Of a stretch of 64,000 bases of DNA, positions 27,601 through 40,935 are shown piece after piece; the stretch's first letter is position 1, and every line of letters begins with the position of its first letter. A program made the position numbers and the translations under genes. A model generated the notes under the pieces. It was not told where the DNA came from. It searched no databases and saw only the letters and a list, made by a program, of their open reading frames with translations. This stretch comes from Blasia pusilla. Taxonomy: Eukaryota. Location: positions 9,982,001 through 10,046,000 of the forward strand of contig CM114271.1 in NCBI GenBank assembly GCA_050084515.1. Reading direction: 5' to 3'.

Positions 27601-28339
27601 TCAGAAGTGCAGCGCCAGAAGCGGCGCCAGAGCACAGGCACGGTGCAGCCGCGAACTCGGCTGTGGGGAAGAGCGACTGGTCCAGGGTCCACGGAGTTTT
27701 TTTTAAACATTCGTATGATTACTGGTATTTTAGTATGCATCCCGGAATTTCCTAAGAGGTAACCGTTCACGTCTGGGAAAATTAATTTAAGCCAATAAAA
27801 AACTGGGGTTATCTTTAGCATTCGGTTCATATCCGAAATTCAAAATGTGGGACGATTATTTTCTTGGTTGTTTTCAATTTCTGACAGTCATTTTCCGGTT
27901 CATTCTCCAGGAGGCATAAAATTTCCGGCAGTTTTAACTTGTGCTGGTAAATTTACAAGCCTCATTGTGATAGGGGATAGGGCATGGATTTATTCTCCGC
28001 TTCCTTTATTTTTCGTTGTGCAAAAACACTATGGTGTGGAAGGAGTTAAGAGAACAAATTTTGTAGTTCTCATGGCCAAAGGCCATAGGAAGGATTTTTG
28101 TCCTTCACATCTCTGTAGTGTCACTCTCCTCTTTGGCCCATGCTATTGCAAGAAAGCATCATAGCAGCATGACTTGTCCCTATCTCTTCTTTACTTGATG
28201 CAAGAAAGGAAGAAAGAAAGTCCCTTAGACCCTTACTGGACTCTATCGCATCCTTGGAAGGAGTCGAGCATGGCCATGCTTCCCAACCAGTTGGGAACCA
28301 ATGATCTTGCCCCTCTACATCCTATAAAACAAACTCACT

Positions 28340-30016
28340 TCAAGTGGACATGTCTAGGGATGGGGCATCAAACTGCACGTCAGCTTGAGAATTCATGTAC
28401 CTATCAAGATTAGCATACAAGTATCTGAAATGTGCACCAGTTTTCCACAAAATTACAAAGTCAGCCAACATGTCATCAAAGTCATCTATAGGTCCCTCTA
28501 GAGCAATCCTCAAAACAGCATCTAGATGCTTAGTAGCCAATCTATTACGTGACAGGGTCTTTAACATATGATGTTTCTTCCAAAAAAGTAGATGCATTCA
28601 AATCTTGACTTTCCAGGACATAATTCATGGTAATAGAAGCTATCTCAGAACTAAAAATGCTACCAATAGTACTAACATCGACAAACTTGTACTGAAAGAT
28701 TTTACTCAAGTTAGCAAGGCTAGAAAGAATATCATCAAGAAAATATAATTGATAGATCATTTGGAATTATCTTAGCTTGTTGTATAAATTTGAGGCATTC
28801 CCATCATCTTCAGACAAAGGAATATCCCTGAAATATATCAATACAGACTCCAATGAATCACACAAAGTACATACAGCTTGCCACCAGCTCAACCATCTGA
28901 TCTTATGATACCTCTTCATGACTCGTTGAGAGTCATTCAACTTTTCTTGAAGTGCTGCTAAGTTGGCTTTCCTCTTGGAAGACCTTCTGAAAATCCTGCT
29001 ACAGCGTTCAGAATAGAATCGATTTCTATCGAAATTGCATTGCAATGAGATGCACTTGCAGCTATCAAAGCTGCAAGGTTCGTCCTATGGGCTACACAAT
29101 GCACCGAAAGAAGATACGGGTTCACCTTTTGCTTCAATTGTGAAGCAACCCTGGTTTGGCTCCCGACCATTGAAGAGGCACCATCGGATCCAAATGCTAC
29201 TATTTTTGAATGTTCTAGTCCTCCATCTTTGATGAACTCCAACAGAATGTTAGTGATAGCATTTGAGCATTTGGATTCACATTGAAGCAAGCCTAGAAAA
29301 AAACACTCGGCTTGACCCTCTTCAATGAAAGTTGCAAACACCACTAAATGACATGTCACAAATATATCTGTAGATTCGTCGATCATGATCCCAAAGAAAG
29401 GAGAGGCCGAAACTCTAGCTAGAGTCTTCTTCATCAAAACTTGACTTATGAAGAAACACATCTCACTACGACTTTTCTCATCTTGATACAGGTCTCTAGT
29501 GATAGGTGCATTCACAACAAGCAACAACTTACAAAGAGACTTGAATTTAAAAAAAGGCAAGGCCTCCTTTGCAAGAAAGTATGCAGACCTGAATAAAGTC
29601 AACAAAGCAACCTCACAGGTTCGGTTGGATGTAGCTATGGCCTTAGCCATAGACTTCTTACCTCCATGGGAGGCCCAAGAAAGTTTTATGTGCTCATTTG
29701 ACTTTGCATGATCTGTGAATGCCGATACCTTACAATTGATACAACCATCCCTAGAAAATACACTCTTGCCTTTACCTTTCATACAAATATTACAATGAAT
29801 CCTCCCACTTTCTCGATCAAAACTTATCCAATCGTACATAGTATACCACACGTCTCTCCAAGCTACACGATTCTTCTCACGAATCGATCCATTGTTGCCT
29901 AACGTGCTTCTGTCATCCCTCTCATCAGATGATCCAGAGAGAGCTATGATGTCATGTTGTTCCTTGGGAACCTCCTTGAATAACAGTTCATTCACTGTTC
30001 TCTGGCGTTTGGCCAT
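28340..30016 (-). mobile_element. hAT-superfamily transposase (ZNF862-like), frameshifted
   Basis: N-terminal zinc finger 'WYTMYDWISF...HCNICMK...HAKSNEH'. Catalytic-like 'IMIDESTD' and 'GSDGASSM'. CxxH motif 'HCVAHRTNL', 'IRW', and a C-terminal 'LKTLSRNRL' dimerisation-like segment. TIRs not confidently located. Confidence 0.85.
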
Positions 30017-30603
30017 GAGAACTACGAAAATGGAAGTTCTAATATACAGATAGTTTCAATCTCCTTCTACTAGCTTAGAAAAGCGACTCACAAGACTAGC
30101 AGAGGGGAATTGAGTTTAATACAAGTAAATCAGAAGCTTCCGACTAACACAGGGAAATTTCATCAGGAGCTTTGGACTAACACATGGAAAATTTGGAAGC
30201 TTGGAACCTAGGCCGTCAGGACTACGCAGCTCTTGTGAGGCATAGACCAGAGCAGCAAAAGCTGCAAGATCGGATGTTGTAGGGGTTCAAGGGAAAGATG
30301 CAGCTGAAGTGCCACGCTCAAAGCTGAGTAATTGGCATCGCAAGTTCTACTTGTGAATGTGGCAGCAATGTTACGATCATGAGCACTCAACACCAAGATA
30401 GAGATGCAGGAGCAGTCGACAGCAAGATAGAGATGCCATTGTGTGATCGCACATCTCAAAGATAGAGACGATGAGAAAAATGAAGCAACTCAAACCAACC
30501 TAATACACGGACAGTGACAAACGCGGTGACCGCATGGGAGAGGGATGCAATGACAACAAAAGACGAAAGCTGCAAAAGAGACTCGAGTGAAAATATGCAC
30601 AAT

Positions 30604-30885
30604 GCAAGATAGTAGTCGGAAGATCATAGCCGCACAATGCAAGAAACACAAAACGAAGAGCAGGAAAATGATCGTCCCTGCAAAACGGAAGTCCCCAAAT
30701 GCAAGAATCTAAAGATAAAAGCAACGGAATCCCGCGTGGGATAGGGACAGAGGGATTGCAGTGACAACAAGTTGGAAGCTGCAAATGAGACTTGAGGAGA
30801 AACCCGCAAGATAGTAGTAGCCACAATGCAAGAAAAACAAAACAAAGAGCACAAAGATGAGCGTCCCTGCAAGACGGAAGTCCCT
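30604..30885. repeat. Direct duplication upstream of the hAT transposase
   Basis: 'gcaagatagtagt...cacaatgcaagaaa.acaaaac.aagagca...gtccctgcaa.acggaagtccc' occurs twice, ~200 bp apart. Confidence 0.7.
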
Positions 30886-31593
30886 CTACTTGAGAAAATT
30901 GTTGGCAATACAATGAAAGACAAAAGTGGCATGACCCTAGACTAAAGCAAAATATAGACAACAAAGACAAGCCGGATGCCCAAGTCTATGGACTCCATTG
31001 TCTAACTCCACGAGAGTAAGCATGCTCAACACTTCGAGCATGAGGCAAGCTGGAGAGACTCCTTAGTCCGAGAAAATGAAAAAAAAACGCTTCAGCAGAG
31101 CTCGTCACCCTCAGTCCAAACTGAATAGTTTTGTCAAGAAATGAGGCGTTGAGACTTAAGACTCCGAAGTCGCACGGAGATTCAAGAAACAAAAATGAGA
31201 ATGCTAGAGAACTAGAGCTTGGGCATGGAACAGCAGCGCTACAGCACTTCGGAGTCACTTGGGAGTCGGAAGTGAAAGGCCACAAATGAGGCCTAGTTTG
31301 CATGCGGCGAGGTCTCCACTCCACCAAAGGGCCCCCTCCAAGGCGCCGTTGCGTTCCAATGGATTCTTGCCATCCGATGGAAGATCGGACGGCGAGAGTA
31401 CGAAACCTAAGTGGCAGGCCGTGGGTGGTGCATTCACCCCAAATGAAGGGCCCAGATGCACAGATGTCTCAGGCCCTTCAAATCCCATCGTCCAACACTA
31501 TCTGCCAGTTTTTCGGCAGCTAATCCTCATGTCGTCCACATTCTGTTGCCCGGAAAGAAAGGGCCGGTTGAGTACCGGAGAGAGCCTCGTGCG

Positions 31594-31615
31594 TTTAGGG
31601 GTTTAGGGTTTAGGG
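31594..31615 (+). repeat. Short interstitial plant telomere-like repeat (TTTAGGG)x3 / telo-box
   Basis: tttaggg g tttaggg tttaggg. A shorter AAACCCTAAACCCT is at ~12497. Confidence 0.6.
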
Positions 31616-32479
31616 CAGGGGAAGTCGCGGCAATGCAGAAGGCACGGCCCGGCATAATGGCCCTAAAGCGGGGAAGTGCATCCCTGGCAGGCCAGCCAGT
31701 ACGGTTTAGGGTAGGCAGGCTCTGCGGTGGCAAGGCGGACGGTTGCGGCAAACGGGACACGGCGGCAAGACTAGCAGTGCAGTCGGCGGAGGCATGACGT
31801 CGGTGGCAGACTTTTAGCAAAATGCAGTTGTGGTTGTGGTGCAGCCGCGGTTCGGTCTATCAGCCCACTATTTTGTCCTCTTACTACATCACCCCCTAAA
31901 AAACGGATCTACCTTCGAAATCTTTCCACTAACTCCACCATTGGTGGGTCAACTCCCCCAAGAATTCTTTTCACTCAACTTCACTTTGAATAAAATTTTT
32001 TCACGTGCTAGTCCTCTAGAAATAAATATCCTTTTATTTTTCTACCCCAAGTGCAGAGTTACCCTCAAGATTTTTTTTGAAATTTCACTCACACCTTGGA
32101 ACGGTGGCTATGCCAGCCCAACAAAAAGTTTCGTAACTCCACGCTCAAATGATGAAATGGTGCACCATTTCTTCCACAGCCTGTACAGCTTCTTGATCTA
32201 CAATGGAATCAATTTTTTTTTCTTCATTTGACTTTCCAATAAAAACAAAAGGGGACTGTCGTGCAACCCTTCAATCTGCACTCCTACGAAAAAATTGGCA
32301 GCGCTTCCGCGCTGATTTCACCCAAAGAAAATCGCAAACCTATAAACACAACAACCAGCAAGCTACAAGGTACTTTTGAGAGCACTGGAATGGAGCAACC
32401 TGCCCCCATACTCAATTTCCAACCAAATTTTGGCAGCGCTTTTGTGTGCCACTCTCCCACACGAAGAATCGAACAACAA

Positions 32480-33103
32480 AACAACAAATAGAGCAACTCT
32501 TGATCCCGTGAGTACTCCCATGAGCCGCTGCACAGGGAAAGCGGTCCCCAAAGTGCACCAATAGCGAGTGACCAGCAAGCTCCTCTATTGAAGCTCTCTC
32601 ACTCTCTCATTGTAAATTGATCAAATCTCACCAAGCTCTCCATGGTGTGCACTCTCGTGTCAAACCAAACCAATTCTCCTGATGAGAGGCTTGATTTACA
32701 CACACTAGGCAAGGAGGACCACAGCTCTATAGCCTCATGCCAAGAGGTTCAACAAAGAAAGAATAAGCTCTCAAGCTCTCTCTCTCTCTCTCTCTTGGAG
32801 GTATACCCCCTTCCCTTTCCCAAGCCCTCTCCATGATAACCTATGCTCGCAGGTCACCTCCTTGGCTCTTGACCTGTTGTAGCGAGTCAAGGGCCACTTC
32901 CCAAAGTGCAACGTCAACTATACTCTAAATGAAAACTTACCCAAAATAGTAATTTTCTCTATATGGCTCCAAATGAGCCAAAACGAAGGGGAACATGCTC
33001 TCTTATGTTACCTGCAGGTTATCCTCAACCTCCTGAGGCTGTCCTCCAGTATCTCCGAATGGGCTCTACTAGAGCTCATCAATCTATCCTAAAAGATGTG
33101 ACA
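32480..33103 (-). mobile_element. LTR-like dispersed repeat, family X
   Basis: Begins TGTCACATC on the minus strand at 33103. 32890-33103 matches 52618-52840 in inverted orientation, and ~32495-32630 resembles 63835-63985. The left boundary is uncertain. Confidence 0.6.
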
Positions 33104-35800
33104 CACGAGATATGGACCCCTACAAGGTTCAACCCTTTTATGGCATGGAAGGGTTTATTCGAGCACTTGGAGGGTCCTTCGATGGATGATTACATGGAGT
33201 TCTGATCGCTACACTCAGTAGAGATTGATGCCTGAAGGATGCATTGGGCTCCAGGGTATGTATCCACTAGTGTTTGCGAGGCATATTATGGAATAGTGAG
33301 GGTTGAGAGGCCTACACCATCAGCCCGGGGACTAGATGGAGCGGATGGCAGTGAGGTGGCAAAGACCTTTGGTGGTAGAGGGCCACCTAGTTTCAGTCCT
33401 ACAGTGGAGTTCTTCCAAAATTTGGGGAGGAGCCACCAAGGCATGCGGACCGACAAGCTGAAGAGTCTACAAGATTTTTGGCGGAGATCTGTTGAGAGTC
33501 TAAGAGAGGCGTTCACGCGCATGCGTAGACTGGTCATTGCAACATATGGGGTGACTAAAGCGCAGTCAGTTCAGTATTGGTACCGGGTGTTGGACTGGGA
33601 GTTACAGAGGAGAGTTCAGGATGCGATGTTGATTCACACAGCAAAGCCTACATTGAAGGTGGTCTTTGAGTTGTCTGAGCGGGGCGAGCTCAACATGAGT
33701 AAGGAGCAGGTGGTGACCATGGGATTTTCACGGGATTCGACGGGTTTGCGAGTAAGAGAAGTCCCATAGGTGACCTAGCATGTACCACTACCACGGGAGC
33801 AGGCCGGTGTGCCCAGAGAGTAGGGCGGGTATCGTGAGCCGATGAGGGAATGGCCAATACCGACATATATAAGGAGGGACCAAGGTTGACGTGTTGGACG
33901 TGTGGTGGGCCACATAGGCAGAGAGAGTGCCCACAACATGGTAGAGGGTCGAGGGTGCCTTCGAGGTGCTAAAGAGCCACCTCGGATGGCCCCACCACAA
34001 TTGCAGTGTGATCATTGTCACCAATATGGTCACACTAGGGATAGGTGTTTTGATCTTTGCTAGGAGATACATCTTGAGGTAGGTAGTGGACTTGGGGCGA
34101 GAGAGTTGGTGGAGATCAAATAGTGGATGATCATGGTGGTAGAGTTCCATCACAAGTCATAGGAGATGGAGGACGTACACCTGATGCAACACTCCTTACT
34201 CGCATCAATCAATTGGAGTAGAGGATTGCTGCCATAACGCTAATGCAGCTAGGGATAGGTACGAAGCCAAGAGTAGCTAGTGTGGCTTCAACCTCGACGT
34301 CTTTCCATGATACGAGTGAGGATTCATGTGGTATGGGATTTATGTGTAGTGCGGCTCAAGTTGAGGTTGGTGCGGTGGTGACTTGGGGTGCTTCAAGAGT
34401 AACCAAGCCATCGAGAGGTGGGGTTGAGATTGATCCATAGGAGGGGACCAATGGGCGGTGGGCCAGGGTTCCCTAGTCATTCACATTGTTGGAGGCACTT
34501 CATACACCATCGATGGTGCCTTGACGATTAGTAGTGCCCACAAGTAGGCAAGTGTGCCGATGTGACAAGGAGTTGGATAGGTGTTTTGATCTTTGTCAGG
34601 AGGTACGTCTAGAGGTAGGTAGAGGACTTGGGGCGAGGGAGTTGGTGGAGATCAAATAGTGGATGATCGTGGTGGTAGAGTTCCATCATCAATCACAGGA
34701 GATGGAGGACGTGAACCCAATGCAACATCCCTTACTTGCATCGATCAATTGGAGCAGAGGATTGCTGCCATGAGATTGATGCAGCTAGGGATAGGAACAG
34801 AGGTGAGAGTAGCTAGTGTGGCTCCATCCTCCACGTCTTACCATGATACGGGTGAGGATTCTTGTGGTATGGGATTTATGTATAGTGCGACTTAGGTTGA
34901 GGCTGTTGTGGAGGTGACTCGGGATGCTGAGAGAGTAACCAAGCCACCGAGAGGTGGAGTTGAGATTGACCCACAGGAAGGGACCGATGGATGGTAGACC
35001 ACGACTCCCTTGTCGTTCATGTTGTTAGAGGAACTTCATACACCGTTGATGGTGCCTTGACGACCAGTAGAGCCCACAAGTGAGGTAGGTGCATCGACGT
35101 CACAAGGAGTTGGAGAGACGATTCCTATGTCGGATTGAGTGGAGCCAATGTCGACCACATTGTTAAAGGTGGCAACTGGGATGAGTCAAGCTCCGTTCTT
35201 TTCTGCCATGGAGTTAGTGACAATGGGAGTCGGACCAGTGGAGGTATTTTGGCTCGTTGGCACGTTCTGTGAGCGTGGAGAGGTGACTACCTCTTGTTTA
35301 AAGGTAGTTGAAGAGGTGGTGGACTTGCCCTTGGAGCCAGTGCTCGGGACCTTGCTCAGGACGTCCCTCATTGAGTTGTGGCATGTTGCAGGGGAAAAAT
35401 TGGTAGATATGCCATCTAGGCGAGCGATAGAGCAAGCCATGATCACACCAAGTGTGGTGTTGTTGGATAATTGAGCATGAATTTTTTGCTTGGTTAGTCC
35501 CACAGGTACGGTGTACCACCCTAGCACGTCCTACTTGATTCAGAGCACAACCCTTGATGATAGGTAAGGCGGCGTGTTTGGCATTGAGGTTACGGAAAGG
35601 GGACATTGAGCGTTGTCTCTTTCAGATAGAGACCTCTATTGGGGGCGTATTGGCGTATTATCCACATAGTACATGATTTGAGAGGAGTTGGTGGTTAGAA
35701 TCCAACCAGAGCATGAGACGGATAGTGCAATGGTACACACTCACCCGATTACATCATCGGCAGAGTCGTATGATGTGTTGGTAGGGAGTACGGTGTTGTA
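33104..35800 (+). mobile_element. DNMT-Gypsy family gag-protease remnant (copy 2) with an internal ~536-bp tandem duplication
   Basis: Homologous to 57219-59490 ('FNPFMAWKGLFEHLEGPSMDDYMEF', 'KLKSLQDF..RSVESLREAFTRMRRL', protease 'VLLDS'). 34040-34575 is repeated at 34576-35111. Confidence 0.8.
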
Positions 35801-35949
35801 GGGGGCTGGTATTCTGATAGGAGAGAGGAAGAGAGGAGTGTCTCTCTTAAAAAAAAAAGGGCAGAATCCGCTTCCTCTCAGACCTTCCTGAAATTTCTTA
35901 CAATTTTCCTCTCCTTCAAATGTAAGAAATCCTTAGAAGATAGTAAGAA

Positions 35950-38900
35950 GTGGACCATATTGGGGCCAAAACTAACATTGTTGTTCGTGGCTAGGATCTG
36001 AAAACACACATACAAAGACCACTCCATACATGCTTACATCACTTAGACTATGGTGTCTATAGAATGTATTGCATCCTTATGTTTTAAAATACGAGTGGCT
36101 ACAGCGCACTCAAGGTTTAGACCTCTCAATAGATGAAAGATAATAGGCTCTTCATCCAAGGCTCCCACCCTCATACCCACTACTTTCTGAATATTTAACA
36201 CCCACTCATGATAGTCTAAGTATTAAGGAGTAATGGCAATATGAAGTTCTTTATTAAGTTGATGGGTGTTAGGCAAGTGTGGTTAAACACAAATCCTAGA
36301 AGTGAAGGAAGCCAACACAATGAAGGAAACAAGAACTCTTGCTGGGAGTTGTGAAGAATGAACAGAGTTAAGAATTCATTCCAGAAGGGAATCATAGAAG
36401 GGAAGCGTGCAACCTCTCAGAAAATTATGTGTTACCCCAGGATGTGATGAGTCGACATCGAGGTGCCAAACAACTCCGTTGATAAGAGCTCTTGGGAGTT
36501 ATCAGCCTATTATCCCCGGCGAGAAGAATGGTTTGAAGATAATGGGGGAACGAGAGGAAAGTGTGAAGGAAGCCTACCAGAATTCCTAAAAGGATGGACT
36601 CAGAGGAAAAGAGAATCAATCAAGTAGCCAACCTATTGGAATCTGACATGTTGGAGGACGTCAAAAGTAAAAAAAATGCAGAAGCACCAAATGAAGAACA
36701 AAAAAGAAAGAGAATGAAACAAATAGAAGCCTATCAACCTTACGTGAAACCTAATGGAATTCATTAGATTGCAAGACAAGGTGTAAAGCAAAAGGTATGA
36801 GAAAGTTGTCATCGGGGGCCATATGAATAAATGTGAGGGAACACAAACCCAATCAAACCTTCAACCCGTCAAAATCTGACAAGTTGTAAGAGAGTCCCGG
36901 AAGATTGGAAAATTTTAGAGACAACTCCTAGGGGGAACAAATAAAAAGAGAAGAAAAACAAATGTTTCTTCTTACAACTTGTAGGAATCCGACAAGTTGC
37001 AAACATTGTGTTTGGTTTGCAACCCGTCAGAATCTCACGGGTTGCAAGCCATTAGACCTCATTGAAGTAACCATAAGAGATAACCAGAGACCTCTTTCAC
37101 AAGTTTAAACAAGTCCTAAAGCCACCCCCTCCAAAAAATATCCCCAGTAAGACATGCAACCCGTCGGAATCTGACGGGTTGCAAAATAAAGACCGTCTAG
37201 TAGAGACCAAGAGAGAGCAGACATAGAAGCACCAAAAGTTTGAAAACACTACAAGAATGTAAAAAAACTTTGAATTCCTTTATTACAATCCAATCGCAAC
37301 TCGTAAATTTAAATTTGATTACCTAAACTATAAACTCTAGTCTATGATTTCTTCTACCTCGTCATCTAAAAATTTACTCCTAACTCTCCTCGGTTCGTGT
37401 ATAATAGAAATCTCTGCACATACGTCTAGCTCCTCTAGCCGATTGTAGAATCTCATGGGGATTGAGAATGTAGGGGAATTCAAAAGCCTTGCCCCCTAGG
37501 TACACCATATCAGTCCCATGTATCATGAGGAGAGCCCCAACGCCTTCCCCAACAATATATCTTGTATGCTTTGCAAGGTGACACACATCCAATATCAATA
37601 CGTGCTCTGCCGCTTGAAAGCACTAAATCCCAAATCTAAAATGCTTGAATTGATTGAACCCGATAAATCGATTGAACTCACCCGTCATCATCCAAGAGCT
37701 CTTCCAAAATGATTGTCGGCCTTGCCCTCTTGATTCTTGGAGTAATAGGAAGTGACGATGGTGTTACTATCAATGGCTCTACTGCAGGTTCACTTTGCTT
37801 TAGAGGCGAGTCGTAGACTCCCACTAGCCTTTCGTAGTTTTCCTTTGCCTCCTTCCAAAGATTGAATAGTTCTATCCTTCCCTCAAGGCATAGAATATTC
37901 CTTCCACTTTGCCAGACGCCTCTCATACTCACCCTTGATAATCCGACCAAGTCCAAGACCAAGTCACCTGGTCTCGAGCAGAGCTCCAGGAGCGTCTACA
38001 TCAACGCCGGTGACTTCTCCCTTCCTCCAAGCAGAGGGGTACCTTCAAGCATGAAAATTCCCGCAGGGGCGGGGGGGTAGTTAATTCTTCTATTTTATGG
38101 GGGGTTCACCGGAATGTCGGGGGGGGAAGGAATTGTAGAGGCTATCCAATGTAAACCTATCAAAGCATGTATCTACTAGATCCTGGATCTAAAACACCTA
38201 GAAATTGTGCTTCAGTCTGACAAAACAACAAACATAAGAGTGCTTGATCTATGCTTAAGACAGGTGCAAAATGATGTCAGCTTTAAGGTGGAAGAAGCAT
38301 GCAACTCGTCGGAAATTGACGAGTTCCTGTACAACTTGGACAAAATTCTAGTCGCAACCCGTTGGATTTGGACGAGTTGCTCATCAACTGAGACAACATT
38401 CTAGTTGCAACCCATCGGATTCCGACCGGTTGCTCATAAGCTTAGACAAAATTCTAGTTGCAACCCGTCGGATTCCAATGGGTTGTTCATTACCTTAGAC
38501 AGAATTCTAGTTGCAACCCGTCGGAACCCGACAGGTTCCAAATCTAGTTTTCGGGCTCGAAATGCAACCCGTCGCTGTCAGACGAGTTGCACTTCATCTC
38601 ACAACAGAATTCCTGCAACCTATCGGAATCCGACAAGTTGCATGTCTGAACTAGGAGTCTGAAACAAGGACTGAGAAAAGAAAATAGTAATTTGGGACGT
38701 ACCCGGAGTTGATTTGACGCAAATCTCAATCGGTATTCATTTTTTATCACCCAAGATTGTGCCATCTGCCTGCCTAAGGATGATGGAGTGTATTGTAGTG
38801 CCCACATTTTTGAAAATTTTGACAGAAAGAGCATTTTTTGTACAGAAGTCTTCTTTGAGTCAAGACTAAAGACTCAATACCAAAAATAAAGCTACATACT

Positions 38901-40272
38901 TTACTAAAATTGTGTGAAAACATTGACTGACAGAACTTTGATGAAAGGACAAGAGATAGTAAGAGATTAAGGACTGTCTTGGAAGAGTCAGAATTGTGTA
39001 AAAGTAGGAAAATATGAAAAAAGAAGCTAGAATAAGAGGTGCACGTACTTCGCAAGGAAGACCAAAGTGGGAATAGTGGTAAAGAATATCAACGAAGACT
39101 GGAAAAATCTTCTTTGTAAAAGAAGATAGAAGGTGATTTTTTTGCAAAGATTGGGTACAAAGAATGAAGATCGAAGACCCAAGAGCAAAGACTGAGAACT
39201 CTAAGAAGGAAGAGGAAGAAGAAGAGGAATTAAAGAGTCTTCACAAAGCGGAAAGGTGTATAGGAAATAGAAAGAATGTTTTTGAAGAAAGCGGATTGAA
39301 AGGAAATCTCAAGGAGGACTCTTTACGGTGACAGAAGGATAAGAGTCTTCACAAATATAGGATTGCAAAGAGTGCGAAGACTATGAAGACCGAACCGTCA
39401 CGGCGGTTTCGGAAGCCAAAAATGGAGCGGCGCAACTGTTCACGAGAAAGCAGAAATGAATTGCTAGGGAAAACAACCGCCTTAGGAAGATGGAGGGTTG
39501 GAGAATTTGAACCGAGGAGGTTAGGATAAGCAGTTAGAAATCTAGAGTGGGATAGGAAGATCAATCAGGGATTGTAAGAGACTATTTAAAGAGAAAATTA
39601 GAAGAAGAGGGATGATTCCCTTGTGTCTTGAATTCCCCAGTACTGTTGGTTAGAATTATTTCCTTACATCTTGAGTTTCCCAGTAGTCTTAGTGAGTTGT
39701 GTAAGGAGTTCTGTGGGAAGGATCCAAGCCGAAGAGTTTTGTACTTTTTGAAGCTTGCAATACTTTCTAGTTCTTTTCACTCTTTGATGCAATAGAAGTG
39801 TCTTCTCTCATGCTTTTTGATGTGCGGAATTGAGTGTAAAACCTTATTGGGCTGCAATACAGATGAGAGATGAGTCTTGTGATTTTGGAATTCTAGAAGA
39901 TAATCAAGAAGAGCGTAGGAAAGTTGTTAGACAGTGAGTAACCTGCCATGACACATTCAGTTTTGAAAGTGGGGTGAGCCGCCATTCTTGAGGTCTCTTT
40001 GAGGTCTTTGTTGGAGCTTTTTCATTCCATATTTGAAAGAGTCTTTGTCTGCACTTGAGAGAATCATTTTCCAATAGGGAAGAAAATCCTTTTATTCTTT
40101 TGAACTTGTAAAGACATTGTACTGGTAGTTAGTCAGTAAAGATAGTGAAGAAGGACTTATTCTTGATATTTCTTATAAAACCTCTCTTTACTCAGGAAAC
40201 AATAGTCTCTTGGGAACGAACTTAGTATTTTGCGATAGAAATAGTAATTTTTTCCTTGAGTTTTACATTACA
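35950..40272 (+). mobile_element. 3' part of a family-B Gypsy-like element: degenerate internal region, PPT-like tract and LTR (38794-40272)
   Basis: The LTR tgtagtgcccac...ttacattaca is highly similar to 49779-51258 and is preceded by the purine-rich 'aaggatgatggag'. The internal region has palindromic repeat clusters and antisense ORFs. The left boundary is approximate. Confidence 0.7.
38299..38643. repeat. Array of ~7 palindromic units with a ~52-53-bp period; 4 more units at 36858-37184
   Basis: Consensus TGCAACCCGTCGGA-W-TCCGACGGGTTGCA, with similar linkers (cttagacaaaattctagt). Confidence 0.85.
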
Positions 40273-40935
40273 TAAGGAAGTAGGTAAGGAAATTTTGGCA
40301 CGGCTGCCGAGAATAACAAGATCTCCCAAGCAAGGAGAGGTAGCGAGAGAATGGGGTATGGGAGTAGAACAAGTCTCCGGACCCCCACTTGGTGTAAGAC
40401 GGGTACTGCTGGCGGAGGATCATCATCTGCAGAGTGTACCGTTGCAATAAGCAGCTCATCCAAAGAGTCTTCATTCCCATGGAGGTGGAGCCTTGCGTGC
40501 TGGGTGAGGCGTCTCAGATCTTTGGAAGTTTTGGATGGATCGGGAAAGAAGCATTAAAACGCGTTAGCAAAGAGCCGAGCAATGAAGCAGAGAAAGAGAA
40601 GAGCGATGAGCCTAGAGATTGCTAGGGACACCTGCAAAGAATCGTTCCCATCTTCATCTGAAGCCTCTTGGGCGAAGATGAGAAAGGAGGAAGTCGCCTA
40701 TGCCTCCTGGTTCACCATCAAAGACATATCCAGAAGAGGAGTGGGATCAGTCCGACCACAACAACTTGGACAAAGAGGACAATAATAGTACCACAGGGGA
40801 CTTGCCTTCCCCATCAGATGGCGGAAGTCCTCCCAGTAGCAGAGACATTGAAGCACCGATGACACAACCACGCAAGTCGCTGCTGAGGTACCCACCTTTG
40901 CTGGAAGCAAGAGGGATGATGCTGATCACTTTATT

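Noticed and set aside
27683-31870. Terminal inverted repeats of the hAT element (candidate CAGGGTCCAC at 27683)
   Set aside because: No convincing matching inverted copy or 8-bp TSD was found on the other side.
38299-38643. CRISPR-like array of palindromic repeats with regular spacing
   Set aside because: The linkers resemble each other rather than being unique, the repeats are degenerate, there are no cas genes, and the context is a plant retroelement.
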